Source: Saprolegnia diclina VS20
Taxonomy: Eukaryota
Assembly (NCBI RefSeq): GCF_000281045.1
Contig: NW_008246092.1
Coordinates: forward strand, 325,637-389,636
DNA: 64,000 bases
Direction of reading: 5' to 3'
Both the position numbers and the translations under genes were made by a program. This document shows positions 1-12,799 of the stretch, piece by piece; positions within the stretch are counted from its first letter, which is position 1, and every line of letters begins with the position of its first letter. Below the pieces are notes generated by a model, which searched no databases, was not told where the DNA came from, and worked only from the letters and a program-made list of their open reading frames with translations.

Positions 1-603
1 AGTGATTTCTTTGGCTTGAACCACTACGGCACGGCGTACGTCGAGCCCTCGGACGCCTACCTCGCCAACGAGCCGTGTGGCCACGAAGGCGTCATCTGGG
101 AGGATGTGGGCACCAAGCAGACCTCGGACGACGCGTGGCTGCGCACGGACATGGGCTGGAACGCCGTGCCGTGGGGCTTCCGCAAGCTGCTCATGTGGAT
201 CCAGGCCCGGTACGCGCCGGTGGGTGGCATCATCGTCACTGAGAACGGCTGCGCGGTCGCCGACGACGACCAGGCGGTCGCGGCCAAGGACTACTTCCGC
301 GTCAACTTTTACCGCGGGTACCTCGCCGAGATGCACAAGGCCATCACCGAATTCAACGTCGACGTCCGCGGCTACTATGCGTGGTCGTTCATCGACAACT
401 ACGAGTGGGCCTTTGGCTACACGAAGCGGTTCGGTCTCCACTGGGTCAACTACGAGACGATGGAGCGCATGCCAAAGGCATCGGCGATCTGGTTCGGCCA
501 CGTCCTCCGCTCCAACTCGCTCGCTCTCGAAGACGAGTACAACGGCAAGTCGCCCGAGGGCAGCGCTGCCGTCGCCGCCGCACCGCTTGCCACGTCGTAC
601 TGA
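1..603 (+). CDS. Glycoside hydrolase family 1 beta-glucosidase, 3' part (5' end outside window)
   Basis: Open frame from base 1 (SDFFGLNHY). Nucleophile motif IVTENG and GH1 C-terminal motif WSFIDNYEWAFGYTKRFGLHWVNY. Confidence 0.92.
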   Translation, partial: SDFFGLNHYGTAYVEPSDAYLANEPCGHEGVIWEDVGTKQTSDDAWLRTDMGWNAVPWGFRKLLMWIQARYAPVGGIIVTENGCAVADDDQAVAAKDYFRVNFYRGYLAEMHKAITEFNVDVRGYYAWSFIDNYEWAFGYTKRFGLHWVNYETMERMPKASAIWFGHVLRSNSLALEDEYNGKSPEGSAAVAAAPLATSY

Positions 604-770
604 GCAACTTGAAGTTGGCAATCGAATCTTGTTTTTTGTATGGTATAGTGTCGCTTAGTGTATTTAGGTTGCCTCGCATTCGCCTTGGTGTTTGTATGCT
701 GAAATCTCGTTGGGCTAAACACACGCAACCAAAACCAGATCTTGTTCAGACGAGTTGCATTCTTGCACCG

Positions 771-2652
771 ATGGCCACCCAGCGCAAGAAGAAGGTGCTT
801 GTCTCGGCGTCCAGCCAAGAGCTGCTCGATGGCCTCGTGCGCCACGAAGCGTATATCGCCGACCCGGACGCTGCGCCGACCGCCGATGACGACGACGCCA
901 TCGAGCTCATCCAGACGCACATGTCGATGGTCTTTCTCCGCGCCAACGTCGTGTACAAGGTCAAGAAGAACGTCGACTTTGGCTTTGCCGACTTTTCGAG
1001 CGTCTTCAAGCGCATGCAGGCGTGCTTGGCCGAGACGCAGCTCAACCAGCGGCTCGCACCCACCGTCTACCTCGGCGTCGTGCCCATCTACAAAGACAAA
1101 GACAACATCATTCGCATCAGCACGTACGACCACTGGACCGACGCGCGCGAGAAGGACGCGACGTACTATGCCAACGACGAGTTCGGCGAGGTCGTCGACT
1201 GGGCGGTCAAGATGCGGCGGTTGCCCAACGAAAACACATGCTTGCACTTGCTCAAGACGGGCATGCTCACGCCAGCGCTGCTGGACGCGGTGGCCGCCAA
1301 GATTGCGCGCTTCCACGTCACGGCGCGCAAGAGCCCGTCGATCGATGCATTTGGGAGCCCGAGTGCGATCGCCGCCAACGTCAACGAGAACTTTGAGCAG
1401 ACAAAGACCCACGCGCGGGCTGGCTTGGTCGACGCGAGTGTGTACGCCCACGTCAAGCGGCTCTCGGAGACGATGACGGCGGACCTCGATACAATCTTTC
1501 GGCAGCGCGTCGAGAACAGGTACATCTCGGACACGCACGGCGACTTGCGCCTCGAGCACGTCTACTTTCTCCCGACCGCTGCGAGTACGCCCGTCTTGTC
1601 TTGTCAATGGCTCGTCATGCTCTCGCTTGTATCGTGTAGATGCACCGCTCTCGACAGCCCAAGCTGCGTCGCGCTACGTACCGCCCATCGCAGCATATGC
1701 GCTGACGACCTTGGACGTCTCGGCGCTCGACGTCGTCGTCCTCGACTGCATTGAGTTTAACGAGCGGTTCCGGTACAGCGATCCGCTCGCCGACGTTGCG
1801 TTCTTCTCGATGGACTTGCTCCGGCTCGGACGCTCCGACCTGGCGCGTGCGTTCAACAGCGCGTACTTAGACGCGTCCAAGCAAGCCTCCAAGGCCAACC
1901 ACCAGCTGCTTCGCTTCTACACGGCCTACCGCAGCGTCGTGCGCGCCAAAGTCTCGGGCTTCCAGGCGCTCGACTCGCTCATGCACGACACGGCCAAGTC
2001 CCGCGCCCGCGCCAAGTGCCACTGGCTCGTGGCGCTCAGTCTCTTGGCGCTGCCGTGCGACCGGCCACTCTTGGTGCTCATTGCGGGCCTCCCTGGCACG
2101 GGCAAGTCGTCGATCGCCGAAGCACTCACGCTCACGGACCCGCGCTGGGTCTGGGTGCGCTCGGACGTGGTGCGCAAAGAGCTGGCTGGCGTACCGATAT
2201 CGGAGAAGACGCCGGGCCACCAAACCGACGACGTCTACTCGGCCGCGTCGACGCAAGCCACGTACACGACCTGCTGGGAGACGGCGCTCGAAGCGCTCAG
2301 CCAAGGGCAGCGCGTGCTCGTCGACGCAACGTTCCGCGAACCTGCGTTTCGCACGCTCTTCATCGAGGGCGCCAAGCAGGTCGGCGTCGCCGTTGCCGTC
2401 GTCGTCTGCGACTGCAACCGTGAGATCGTCAAGGGCCGCATGGCCAAGCGCGACGAGGAGACGACGCATGTCTCGGACGCGGACTGGACCGTGTTTGAAA
2501 AGGTCGAGAAGGTCTGGGCGCCCTTTGATGTGGACGCCAACAGCATCTACAGCCTCTCGGCCGCCGAAGTGTTTTGCGTCAGCACGGACAAGCAAAAGGA
2601 GCTCAGCGTGCAGCGCATTCGCGGCTTCTTGCGCAAGCTTGGCGTCGAGTAG
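771..2652 (+). CDS. Bifunctional aminoglycoside-phosphotransferase-like kinase / AAA_33 P-loop kinase (COG2187+COG0645, Rv2004c-like); 2 exons
   Basis: Motifs QTHMS..VYKVKK, HGDLRLEHVY, LDCIEFNERFRYSDPLADVAF, Walker A GLPGTGKS, RSDVVRKEL. Intron 1585-1639 (gtacgc..gtag) joins ORFs 381-1754 and 1627-2652 in frame. Confidence 0.88.
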
Positions 2653-2992
2653 TCGTGTTTGATAACTCGACTTCTTGATCATTTTGCTCCTTCCTCGAGT
2701 CACATGTCGTCTCTGCTGCCTCAATGATCCTTGGCGGACGCTGACGCTGCTCTGAGTGTCGCCAACCGCCACCCTCGCTCCTTGGCGGTGTCACGGACGT
2801 CACGGACAACGACCGTGGACATCGACTGCATGACCAACGGACGTCACAGGCAGCACCAACAGGCTAGTTCGATTCGCGAGCGGTCGACGACCGCTTCAAG
2901 AGAGCCCACGAGATCAAGTAGTTACATCGTCTTATGCTACTAGCGCTCCTACTCTCTACATTGTCTACCTACGGTATATACACTCCACCCTA

Positions 2993-5098
2993 CTACAAGA
3001 GGGACTTGGCGTTGCTGCGCACGGCCACGATCGCAGACGCCTTGACGTCGATCAAGGTCCGGTCCGCGTCGACGTACGCGAGGCCGCTCTCGGCGACAAA
3101 CGCGTCGCCGTCGTCGCCTTCCAATCGCAGCATTTCTTTGACGTACGCCAAAGGAATATGCGGCTGGTAGGCCTTGCACATGATGCGCAGCGCTTGCAGC
3201 CGCATGTGGTCGACGTACGCGTCCATAATGTAGCCGCTCATCTTGGGCGCGGCCGCGTACAAGTGGAAAAAGAGCGTATAGTTGTTGAGCGCGACGGCTT
3301 CGCGCACATCGAGAGCATGGGCGACAGTCTCGTCGTCGCGGTCGGCTGCCTTGATGCACGAGAGGACCTTGGCCATGGCCACGTTGCCAGTGTTGACGTC
3401 GGCCTTGGCCTGGAGGCACACGTAGATGCAGTAGAGCACACGGTACGCAAGAAACTCGAGGCCGCAGCCGTCAATGCCCGCATCGTACAGCGCCGACAGC
3501 TGCGTCTGGCACTGGTTGAACTCGTTCATGTCGCCTTCTTCGAGCGCAATGCGGGCGTGGGACTCGTACGCGCGGACCGTAAAGGTATTCTTTATGTGCT
3601 GCACCTATGCGATGGATGAGATACGAGATTGAACAAGATGGAATACCGTGCAGTCTTGGCGGATCGACTTCATTTGGCTGCACACGTATACGTAGTCGCA
3701 CTTACCTTTCTTCCACTTTTTCCGCACCATCTCGAGCGCCTTGTGGAGCACGGGCTCGGGGCGCACAGTCGAAGGGTGCGGCGCCTGCGGGACCAAGGGC
3801 GATGAGGCCATGGTACATTGGTTGCCGTCTACCGAAGTGAGTCGGAGGTACTCCTTCTCGACGATTTGGCACGTGCCCTTGATGATCATAGCTTCCAAGT
3901 CCAATTCGCCGTCGTCATTGAGCACTTGCAATGGCCGGTCTTCGTCCACCTACATGCCATCTGTGAGGAAACCGCGTCGAGAATTATGGTCGTGTACGGT
4001 GGGGGCACGGGTCTTGTTGGCGACGAAGCTGTCCTTGAGGAACCGCTGCTGCCGCTTGAGCTTTCGCTTGACGTCGTGGCCATCGGGGTCGTCCCTGCAA
4101 TGACACAATGGCATGAGTGGTCAAAGCTCGCAATCATTTGGATCGTACATCATCTTGCGCTTGGGCTGCTTCGTAAACTTGTTTGACGTGTCTAGTGGGA
4201 TGAAACCGGAGGGACGGGGTGGGGGGACAAAGCCCCGGGGTGGCACCATGCCCGGACGGGGCGGCGGCACAAGAGGACGAGGACCCGCATGAAGAGGACG
4301 AGGAGGAGGAGGACGCATATGCATAGGACGGGGACCCATATGTCCTGGCGCAGTCATCGTGCTGCCTTGCTGCTCCAGCGGCAATGGCTCCGCGTTCCAG
4401 TTCTTGGTCCAGAGCTGGTTTGCCGCCAAAGCGGACGCAATCTTCTCTTTCAGAAGCGCCTGGACGCGCGATTTGTCGACTTCGGTGCGGGCAGAGTTAA
4501 AGGCGCGCTCGACGTAAGCCTTCAGCGCTGGCGGCCACTGCGTCGACTCGACACCTGGAGGCGGTGCCTGCACACTTGGTGGCGGCTGCGATGAAAACTT
4601 GGACACGGTGGGCGGCGTTCGGTTGTACATCTTGGGCGCTGCATTGGCCACTTCGGTGGCCGGGCCATACCGCACTGCTGGGTTGGGCTGCTGGTTCTCG
4701 GCGCGTCCTGTACCCCACTGCCACTGGTTAGACGTAGAGTTCACTTGTTGAGGAGGTGGGTGCGGCGCCTTGTCCCACTTGCTACCCGCGGACGGCTGCT
4801 GGGGCGCGACGGGGCGAGGTGGCACCATGGCGCGAGGTGGCCCCGGTGGACGAGGCGGCACAAGCACGCTACCATGCGGTCGAGGCTGGAACGGCGGTCG
4901 CGGCGGCGGCGGGTATGGGTACTGAACTTGCTGCGGCGCCTGTTGCTGGTACGCGTACGCCGGAGCCTGCTGCTGGAACGAGAAACCTCGCGGAGGAGGA
5001 GGCGGCCGCATGGGCGGCCCGCGCGGGGGCGCGCTGTTACCGTAGAACTGGGCGTAGCCAGCGTACTGCGGCTGGGCCGGCGGCGGATACTGGCTCAT
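2993..5098 (-). CDS. LENG8: SAC3/GANP/THP3 family protein (LENG8/Thp3-like), multi-exon, Pro-rich N-terminus
   Basis: [74 protein letters not shown] across short introns. Confidence 0.85.
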
Positions 5099-6218
5099 TG
5101 CTACTACCTGGGTTGGCCAAGAATAACTGAACTCGGGACCAGACGCCAAACCCCTTTAAAAGATGATATTGACATGCATTGCCAAAGGTATTTGGAAGTG
5201 GCATTCATGGCGGCATAGTGTGGCACATGCCGATATTATGCCACCAAAATTCGGCGCACAGGATCGAAATCGAGTTTGCGCAGTCATGCAGTGTTTTCCA
5301 AGGCAACACACCAGTGCCCTAAAGGAAGCGTGGGCCAGTCCCAACCCCGTTGTTCGTCGTCGTCGCTCGAATGGCCGCTTCTACCACACACTACTAGTTG
5401 GCCTCTACGTCAGGATGCCTCCAAATTTGATGCTGCGAGACTCGCGTCAAGGTCATAGTCGTACATGGGGCAACTGGCAATGCGCGGAACCAACCATAAA
5501 CTGAGTCCAGAGTCCAGACTCAGTTTCCAGGGGTCAACCCATGGTGGTTCAGATTCCGGACCCTGTGGATGAGACCTGAGCACAACTACGGTAAGAGCAG
5601 CATCGTCTAATTGAGCTGTCGACCGCGCCTGACAAGATCGATAACGCGTTTCACATGCCTTGTCTATCCCGGCAGCAGAGTGCGTGACCTGGGTCAGCCG
5701 GCAACGATTGCTCCTCGTACAACAGCATCGACGCGCGTGCGTGCCAGTCAAACCCACTGGTCAAACCCAAGGGCTTGATCGCGCCATCGACGCGTCCATT
5801 CTACGTGCGGCGGCGCAAATCAATGGCTGGCGTGCAGTGCCACCCGACCGTGCTTCGGCTGTCGCCTCGCCATGCGGCTTCTACGGCCATCACGTGACTC
5901 ACTTGGGTGCGCATTTTGTCACATGCCAAGCGGGCCACCGCAGCCGCAAGCGTTGCGCGTACCGTACCAGCATCCACGACCCCGGTGGTGCGCAAGGCGG
6001 CCTGTACTTGCTCTTCTTGCGCACGCCGGTCCATGGACCAACATCCAGCGATTGAAGCCGACGCACGGCGCGTTGCTCCCGGCATGTCGCATGTTTGCCC
6101 TTGTCCTTTCTAGTCCCTTGTAATAAAATCACAAAATAAAAGTTCCGATTTCTTGAAGTGGCGCCAGGTGGCGGAGCGTTCACGTGAGTCATGCAGTGAG
6201 TTTATTCGCAAAGTTGCC

Positions 6219-8012
6219 ATGGTGTCCGCAGCCGTCGCCTATATCTGCCTCATCGCGACGCTCCTCGCCGTCGCCGCGTACGCCGTGTACATCACGTACC
6301 GCGCGCCCGTCAAGAACGTCGCCACGTACATCAGGTACCAGCATCCACCTCGCTACGAAGACCGTCATTATCTCGGCTAGTGCCAAGAAGTCGCAAACGC
6401 CGTGGGTCCTTGGCTGGTGTATGTTCTCATCCGGCATGGGCTCGTGGGCACTCTTCTCGTTCCCGGACACGGCAGCGTCCGTCGGCACGTGGGGCCTCAT
6501 TGGCTACTGGCTCTCGATCGTCCTTGGCTACGCCGTCCTCGCGGTACACTCACACGTCAAGTCCTTGCGCACTCTCTTATCCACGACCATAGATTGCCGG
6601 CCCTGCCATCTCGGACATGCTTGGTGATGGTATCACGCTCAGCGACTATGCGGCGCGGGTACACGTCGCCTAAGAGCGCGTCCATATCTCATGACGCGTG
6701 GATATTGTAGCGCTTTGGCGTCGTGCAGCAGATGTACGTGGCGCTGATCTCGCTCTTTTACCAGCTCATTTCGATCGCGGCCGAGCTCACGGCCATTGGG
6801 ACGCTCATGTCGCTGCTCGCGCCCGACACGCACACGCTCGTCTCGGTCGTCCTCGTCGCGGTCATCACGTGCTGCTACACGCTCTTTGGTACACTAAGTC
6901 GTCTTGTGCTGTGCTTGACATGGCGGTGCTAGGCGGCATCAAGGCCAGTATCGCGACGGACGCTGTCAAGGGCGGGTTCATCCTCGTGCTCATCATTGTG
7001 GTGTGCATCGCCATGTTCACGTCGGTCTCGATCCCGGAAGGCTCGTGGGCCGAGACGGGCGTCGCGGACTTTACGGTGCTGGGCTTTGAGGCTGTGATCA
7101 CGCTCGTCGTTGCGGTCGTCTCGTCCAACCTCTTCTTGACGGGCTTTTGGCTGCGCACGTACTACGCTCTTCATCGATCCTCTTTGGGTGTTGACGCGCG
7201 ACATTAGGTTTTCGGCCAAGACGTCCCGGGACTTGCACATCGCGTGCGGCTTTGCGGCGCTCGTCGCGACGCCCTTCATTGTGCTCCTCGGCGTCACCGG
7301 CATGGTCGGCCGCATCTTGCACGCGGAAGCGACCGACTCGTTCTTCTTCCAGATCCTCCTCAACATGAACGAGGCGTGGAGCATCGTCGTGCTCATCGTC
7401 ATTGCGGCGCTGGTCTCGTCGACGGCCGATACGATCCAGACCGGCATGAGCGCCGAGATTCTGACCAACTTCCAGTCGCTCTCGCTCACGCAAGCCCGCG
7501 TCATCTCGAGTGCGTCATCCTTTGTACTACTTGTCTTTGATTTCTTATTTTCCTATAGTTCTCATCAACATCCCCGCGATCGCGATTGCTATGACCAACA
7601 CGAGCGTGCTCCAGCTCTTCTTGATCGCCGACTTGCTCTGCGCGGCGACGGTCGGGCCCATCTTCCTCGGTCTCTGGGAGCGCTGCCACCCGACCGCCGT
7701 CATTGTCGGCTGCATCAGCGGTCTCCTCACGGTACACTTGCAAGTTTGCGTTGAAACATTGATACTGATGCCGCGTAGATTTTCGTGTCGGGCTGGGCGC
7801 GCGACGGTGTCTTTGTCGACGGCTTTAGCGAGTTTGTCCTCGCCGAGGGTCTCTTTACCGAGCACTCGATGATCCTCTTCCTCGCTGCGCTCATCGTGCC
7901 GGTCATCGTGACCGTCGGCCTCTCGCTCGTGCTCAAGCCCGTCCCGCGCAAGGCGCCGTTGCTGCAGTCGCCGACCGATTTTGCCGCGGCCAAGTCGCCC
8001 GAGCTCGTCTAA
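6219..8012 (+). CDS. Sodium:solute symporter family (SSS) membrane transporter, multi-exon
   Basis: Many TM segments. Motifs FSSGMGSWALF, GGIKASIATD, ALVSSTADT; several short introns. Confidence 0.75.
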
Positions 8013-8061
8013 GAAGCGCTCGACTGCGAATACAACCTTGTGTTTTCTGCGTTATCCAAGA

Positions 8062-9105
8062 CTACGAGTACTTGTGCTGCGGCCAGTCCTCCTTGTGGTC
8101 GGCCACAAACTGCTCTAAGCTGCGAGGCGCCCGCCCGAGCATGTCGTGCACCGTCGTGCTCGTCTCGGCTTCGTATTGCGCTTCGTAGTAGCGCGAGAGG
8201 TTCACGAGCTCCTGGATTTCCTCCGGGCGCTTGCCTATGCGAGAAATTGGAATTCTCCAGCAGGACGAGATAGCTTGGTACCTTGCACCCACATGGCCGT
8301 CTGCACAGCCCAGAGAGGAAACTTGGAGTACTTGACGGGCGGCACGAGGTGGCGCGAGAGGGTCGCCGCAACCTCCTGCATCGAGAGGGCCGCGGGGCCT
8401 GTCACATGCAGCGTTGTCGACACTGGCGCGTCGACCGAGACGAGGCGGTTGACCACGTCGGCCACGTCGCGTCCGTCGACAAATGCAATGCGCGCCGCTT
8501 CGTTGGTCACCGAGAGCGTCCGGCCGCACACCATTTCGTGAAGCTTTCCGTACAGAAACGTGTCCATGAGCGTCGAGGGATGCACGATTGAGAGCGGGAT
8601 CTGCGTCGCTTCCGCCGCCGACTCGAGCTCAAACCACGCCTTGCCGCTCGGCACCATCGAGTCGGCCGCCGACGTTGCTGTCGACACGAGCACCTACACG
8701 AGTTAATGAGCTCTCCAGGATGCGACGTAAGCATTGTACGAGGTGCTCGAGCTTGGCGGCCTTGGCCGCCTTCAGCAGCGTCTGCGTCGCGTCCCACTGC
8801 GCCGTATCGATGGCGTCGGGAAGCAAAAGCAGCCCCGTACTACCGAGTCGCTTCATTTGGTCAGCCACAGCGTCAACAGAGGGCTCTGCCAGTGAAAGGC
8901 CCACGGGCTTGAACTCGGAGCGGCAGTCGGTGGTCTCGTGCACGTGGCGGATCACGGCTTCGGCGTGGTCGACGCGAGCGGTAACCACCTGCCACTCGCG
9001 GCCGAAGGCCGACGTGCTGTTGAGGCCAAGCACCATGCGGCCAAGGGCGCCGGCGGCCGACGTCGGCTTGAGGAGGGAAGCGCCGTGGAGCATGAAGCGC
9101 TGCAT
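8062..9105 (-). CDS. NmrA-like NAD(P)-binding Rossmann protein, multi-exon
   Basis: Degenerate Rossmann start (TSAAGALGR), IAFVDGRDVADV, HVTGPAALSMQEVA, C-terminal MLGRAPRSLEQFV. Confidence 0.7.
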
Positions 9106-9459
9106 GGTGGTGGCAGCGTCAAAATCTGAAATGCAACATCTTTCTTGCGGCCAATTCCCACACGAACCAGACGTGAAAAATTCGTGGCATCCGGATACGC
9201 ACTGCGCAACTGCACCCGACGCTGCGCCACGCGTCCGATTGCTGACCCGATATCGTGGGGTCCACAACGCCCGAAAAGCGTGGGCGCTCACTTGCCGACA
9301 CGGCGTCGTCGATTACATCGGTTGCTTCAGGTGCCGGTAAGGCTTGCTATTGCAGCTAAAATACACCTGCCGCTGCCAACAGTGCGATGTAAATGTGGGT
9401 TTTGGTGGGTTTTCGGATATCCGGATACGAACCGCGACGGTTCGGCGAGCACCGTCGCC

Positions 9460-10544
9460 ATGTCGTTCGGGTCCGCCGCCTACAGCATCGACTACGCCAA
9501 TGAGATCACAAAGCTGGACCCGCTGCTCTTTCTACCGCAGCGCCTCTCGCTCCGCGTTCAGCCGCAGATGCATGCGCGAGGCATTGTCATCCAGCTCATT
9601 GCCCAGCAGTGCACGGTCCTTGCGCTGCTCGTGCACAAGCTGCGTCTAGCAATGCTGCCCGATGCGACAACAAGGATCGGCATCGTTGGTGGTGGCCGTG
9701 TTGGCGTCGGGATTTGCGAGGCCCTCGTGGCCGGCGGGTGGCCACCGGCGCTTATTGCGATATCCACGCGGCAGCCTGACGACCCGCGCTGGATGGCGCG
9801 GGTCGACGCCGCAGTCGCCCGGTCGCTGCCACCGCCCATGTATAGCAGCATCTCACGCCGTCTGTAGGTACCACGACAATGCGAAACTCGCTCTTGAGAG
9901 CGACCTCGTGCTTCTCGCCGTGCCCCCGTCGCAGTTGACCAGTGTTGGGATCCAAGTCAAACATACGCTGGGCCAGCCGGCGTCAACGCGGGTGCTACTC
10001 AGTGTCCTCGCAGGCGTCGAGCTCGACAAGGTGCGCGACGCGTTGCATGGTCTCCTGTCCCTCAACAAGTCGCAGGTGACGAAGGTCTGTGCTTGCCCCG
10101 TTGCGCTTCATACCCGCGTGCACCCGTCGATCGTGGCGGACGTCGACGTCGCGACGATGGATACTGCGGTTCTCGCCGCAAACCACTATGCGCGTACGTC
10201 ACCTTTGCAACAGCAAACGTATGGCGGCATTGCTCGCATCCAAATTAGATAACAACTCGGTCGGTCTGCGGGATCTCTGCCTCCGCTTTGAGCAACTTGC
10301 ATTGCGTCTTGGCGTCGACGAGCGTGTCGCACGCCGCGTCGCCGTCGACCTCGTCCTCGGCCCGTCCAGTCGCCCTCCGTTTGACACTCCGCTTCCATCC
10401 AACGCTGTGTGGCACCGGTCCTGGGACGATCTGCTCTCGACGACGCAGCGAGTATGGAGCAGCGCGATCGACCAGGTTGATGTCCCATATCAGGAAGAAA
10501 GCGATGTCGCTGCCTTGCCATCGCCGCTGGGACACCTCGTGTAA
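9460..10544 (+). CDS. Pyrroline-5-carboxylate-reductase-like / NOXRED1-like oxidoreductase, multi-exon
   Basis: Rossmann motif RIGIVGGGRVG, ISTRQP, SDLVLLAVPPSQL, LLSVLAGV. Confidence 0.6.
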
Positions 10545-11038
10545 TGCATCGCAATATACAGCGAAATGTGTGGTAGAGGCAACCGGCAAGGCACATATAC
10601 GAGGGAACACACGATCGAACAACGACAAGGCCGCGCCGCCAGCTGGAGCCGCGTGCCATCTGCGTTCCGCTGCAGTAGAAAATGTGCAAACTCAAGTGTC
10701 CGGATAACGGCCCCTCTGCCAGGCGAAAGTGATAAAATGGCCAGCGCAATTCGCACGCCTCGCTGGCCGCCGTCACGCAGGCATACAAACTTCAAGAGAT
10801 GGCGATCCCAATGGGTGCCTGGGGACGAGGCGGGGTAGGGTGCGCGTACTTATCTCTGCGAATTCCCGGCCGCCACCGGAAAGTGCACCGCCCCCGGTGT
10901 GTAATCGGATTTCATTCCGCTTTTCGAGGCTCGGGGCATAGGTTCGGCTTCTGTTCTTCTCTTCTTCGACGTCGCGCTCGCATCCCGCCGTCGTCTTCTT
11001 CCATTTTCTTATTGGGAAGATCCAACTCAAGCAGCAGC

Positions 11039-12799
11039 ATGCAGAACCAAGCCGCCGCCTCGCCTGCCCGCTTCGCCCGCCGCCTCCGCGTCGTCACGGA
11101 GCCGCGCCGGAGCAACTCGAACAAGATGCTCCGGACGCGGACGCTCTCCGAGATGGTGTTCCTCTCGCCGCGCAACAGCCCGCGCATCACGCCCCGCAAC
11201 TCGCGCTTCGACATGGACATTGAGGTCAGCTCGACTTTTGCCGAAGGCGACGGTCCCGTGGACCTTCTCCCGATCGGCGCGCCGCACATGGCGTACGCGC
11301 CGTCGTCGTCCAGCGACAGCTCGTTTGTCGTCGTCGAAGACGGCGAGTCCCCGGAAGAGCTCTTCAACGCCGACAACCACGACGAGCATGCGGCGATCCT
11401 CGAGGACATGGACATGGACCATGACTTTAGCGACCGCATGTCAGTCGACGACGAGGACGTCAACGAGTCGGTCGCCCACGCCGAACAGGACAACCAGGCC
11501 GACAACGACAGCGGCGACGAGATCCGTGCTGGCGGCCCCACCAGCGTCTCGGAGGTCGTCGACATTCTTTTCGAGATCCACACGGCGCTCAAGTCGCGTC
11601 ACCTCGGCCAGCGCACGGCGGCGTCGGCCCTCGCCGCGTCCAACCTCGTGTCGTCGGTGGCTTTTCCCGCCGACCCGGCCATGCCGCGTGACGCGCAAGC
11701 AGAGCTCCTTGAGAACCACAAGAAGATGCTTGAGTGCGCGATCTGCCAGGAGGTCTTTACCTCGGCGACCGAAGCCAAGTGCTGCGGTCAGATCTTTTGC
11801 AAGCTCTGCATCGAGCGCTGGGTCAGCGACCGCAACTCGTGCCCCATGTGCCGCGACGAGCTCAGCTTTGACCAGCTCTCGCCGTCGCGCTTTGCTCAGC
11901 GCATGGCCAACGACGTCATCGTCACGTGCGCCTACTGCTCGGAGACGATGAAGAAGGCCGCGCTCGAAGACCACATGGACGTGTGCACGGAGGCCCCAAT
12001 GGAGCCGCCGCCGCCGGCCGACGTGGCGTTGCGCCACCAGCTCCTCACGGCCGCGCGCCTCTCGGTGCAGATGATGACGCGCTTCCTCATGACACCGTCG
12101 CCCACCCAAGCGCTTGTGATGCAGTGCTACATTCGCACGCGCGGCTCGGGCAACTACGAGCTGTACACGCAAGACACGGACGTGCTCCTCTGCACGGCCG
12201 TGCGCCGTCGCCAGCTCGACATGAGCGTGACCTTTTCCATCTACGCGGCCAACGCGGCGCCGGCCGAAGCCAACGCAATCGCTCGCCTCGAGCGCAACTT
12301 TGTCGGCTCGCAGTACACGGTGCTCAACACGACCGAAGAGGTCCCGTCCGAGCTCGGCGCCGTGCAGTACGCTGCGACCTTTGGCAAGACGCCGCGCCAG
12401 ATGCGCGTGGCCCTGCCCCTCGTCCACGAAGCCGGCAACAACGACGACGTGCCAACGTTCGAGGTCGAGCGGTACGTGCCGACGGGCCGTGACGACTCGA
12501 TGCTGTCGCAGATTGAGCGCCCAGACGCGTCCCGCGCCATCAGCCTCATCAACAAGCCGCCAGTGTGGATCGAGTCGCTGGAGGCCTACTGCCTCGATTT
12601 TGGCGGTCGCGTCGCTGCCGCGTCGGTCAAGAACTTCTTGCTCTCGCACCCGGACGACATGGACAAGACGATGATGCTCTTTGGCCGCACGTCGGACCGT
12701 CAAGTGTACTCGATGGACTACCGGCACCCGTTCTCGCCTGTGCAAGCGTTTGCGATCGCGCTGAGCTCCATGGACTCGCACCTCGTCACGTTCGACTAG
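11039..12799 (+). CDS. RING finger + TRAF-type Zn finger + C-terminal Tubby domain protein (intronless)
   Basis: RING CAICQE..CCGQIFCKLC..CPMCR; CAYC..HMDVC; Tubby motifs QCYIR, PRQMRV, NKPPVW..YCLDFGGRVAAASVKNF, FGR..MDYRHPFSPVQAFAIALSS. Confidence 0.88.
   Translation: MQNQAAASPARFARRLRVVTEPRRSNSNKMLRTRTLSEMVFLSPRNSPRITPRNSRFDMDIEVSSTFAEGDGPVDLLPIGAPHMAYAPSSSSDSSFVVVEDGESPEELFNADNHDEHAAILEDMDMDHDFSDRMSVDDEDVNESVAHAEQDNQADNDSGDEIRAGGPTSVSEVVDILFEIHTALKSRHLGQRTAASALAASNLVSSVAFPADPAMPRDAQAELLENHKKMLECAICQEVFTSATEAKCCGQIFCKLCIERWVSDRNSCPMCRDELSFDQLSPSRFAQRMANDVIVTCAYCSETMKKAALEDHMDVCTEAPMEPPPPADVALRHQLLTAARLSVQMMTRFLMTPSPTQALVMQCYIRTRGSGNYELYTQDTDVLLCTAVRRRQLDMSVTFSIYAANAAPAEANAIARLERNFVGSQYTVLNTTEEVPSELGAVQYAATFGKTPRQMRVALPLVHEAGNNDDVPTFEVERYVPTGRDDSMLSQIERPDASRAISLINKPPVWIESLEAYCLDFGGRVAAASVKNFLLSHPDDMDKTMMLFGRTSDRQVYSMDYRHPFSPVQAFAIALSSMDSHLVTFD

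Noticed and set aside
5100..6218. 1.1-kb divergent intergenic region with several ORFs over 100 aa
   Set aside because: Lower GC, no codon bias or motifs; treated as promoter/UTR.
11441..12781. Long antisense ORFs (e.g. 446 aa here; also 450-1607, 26834-27835, 46331-47482, 52080-53036)
   Set aside because: Shadows of high-GC3 coding genes on the opposite strand; Arg/Ala/Val-rich with no motifs.
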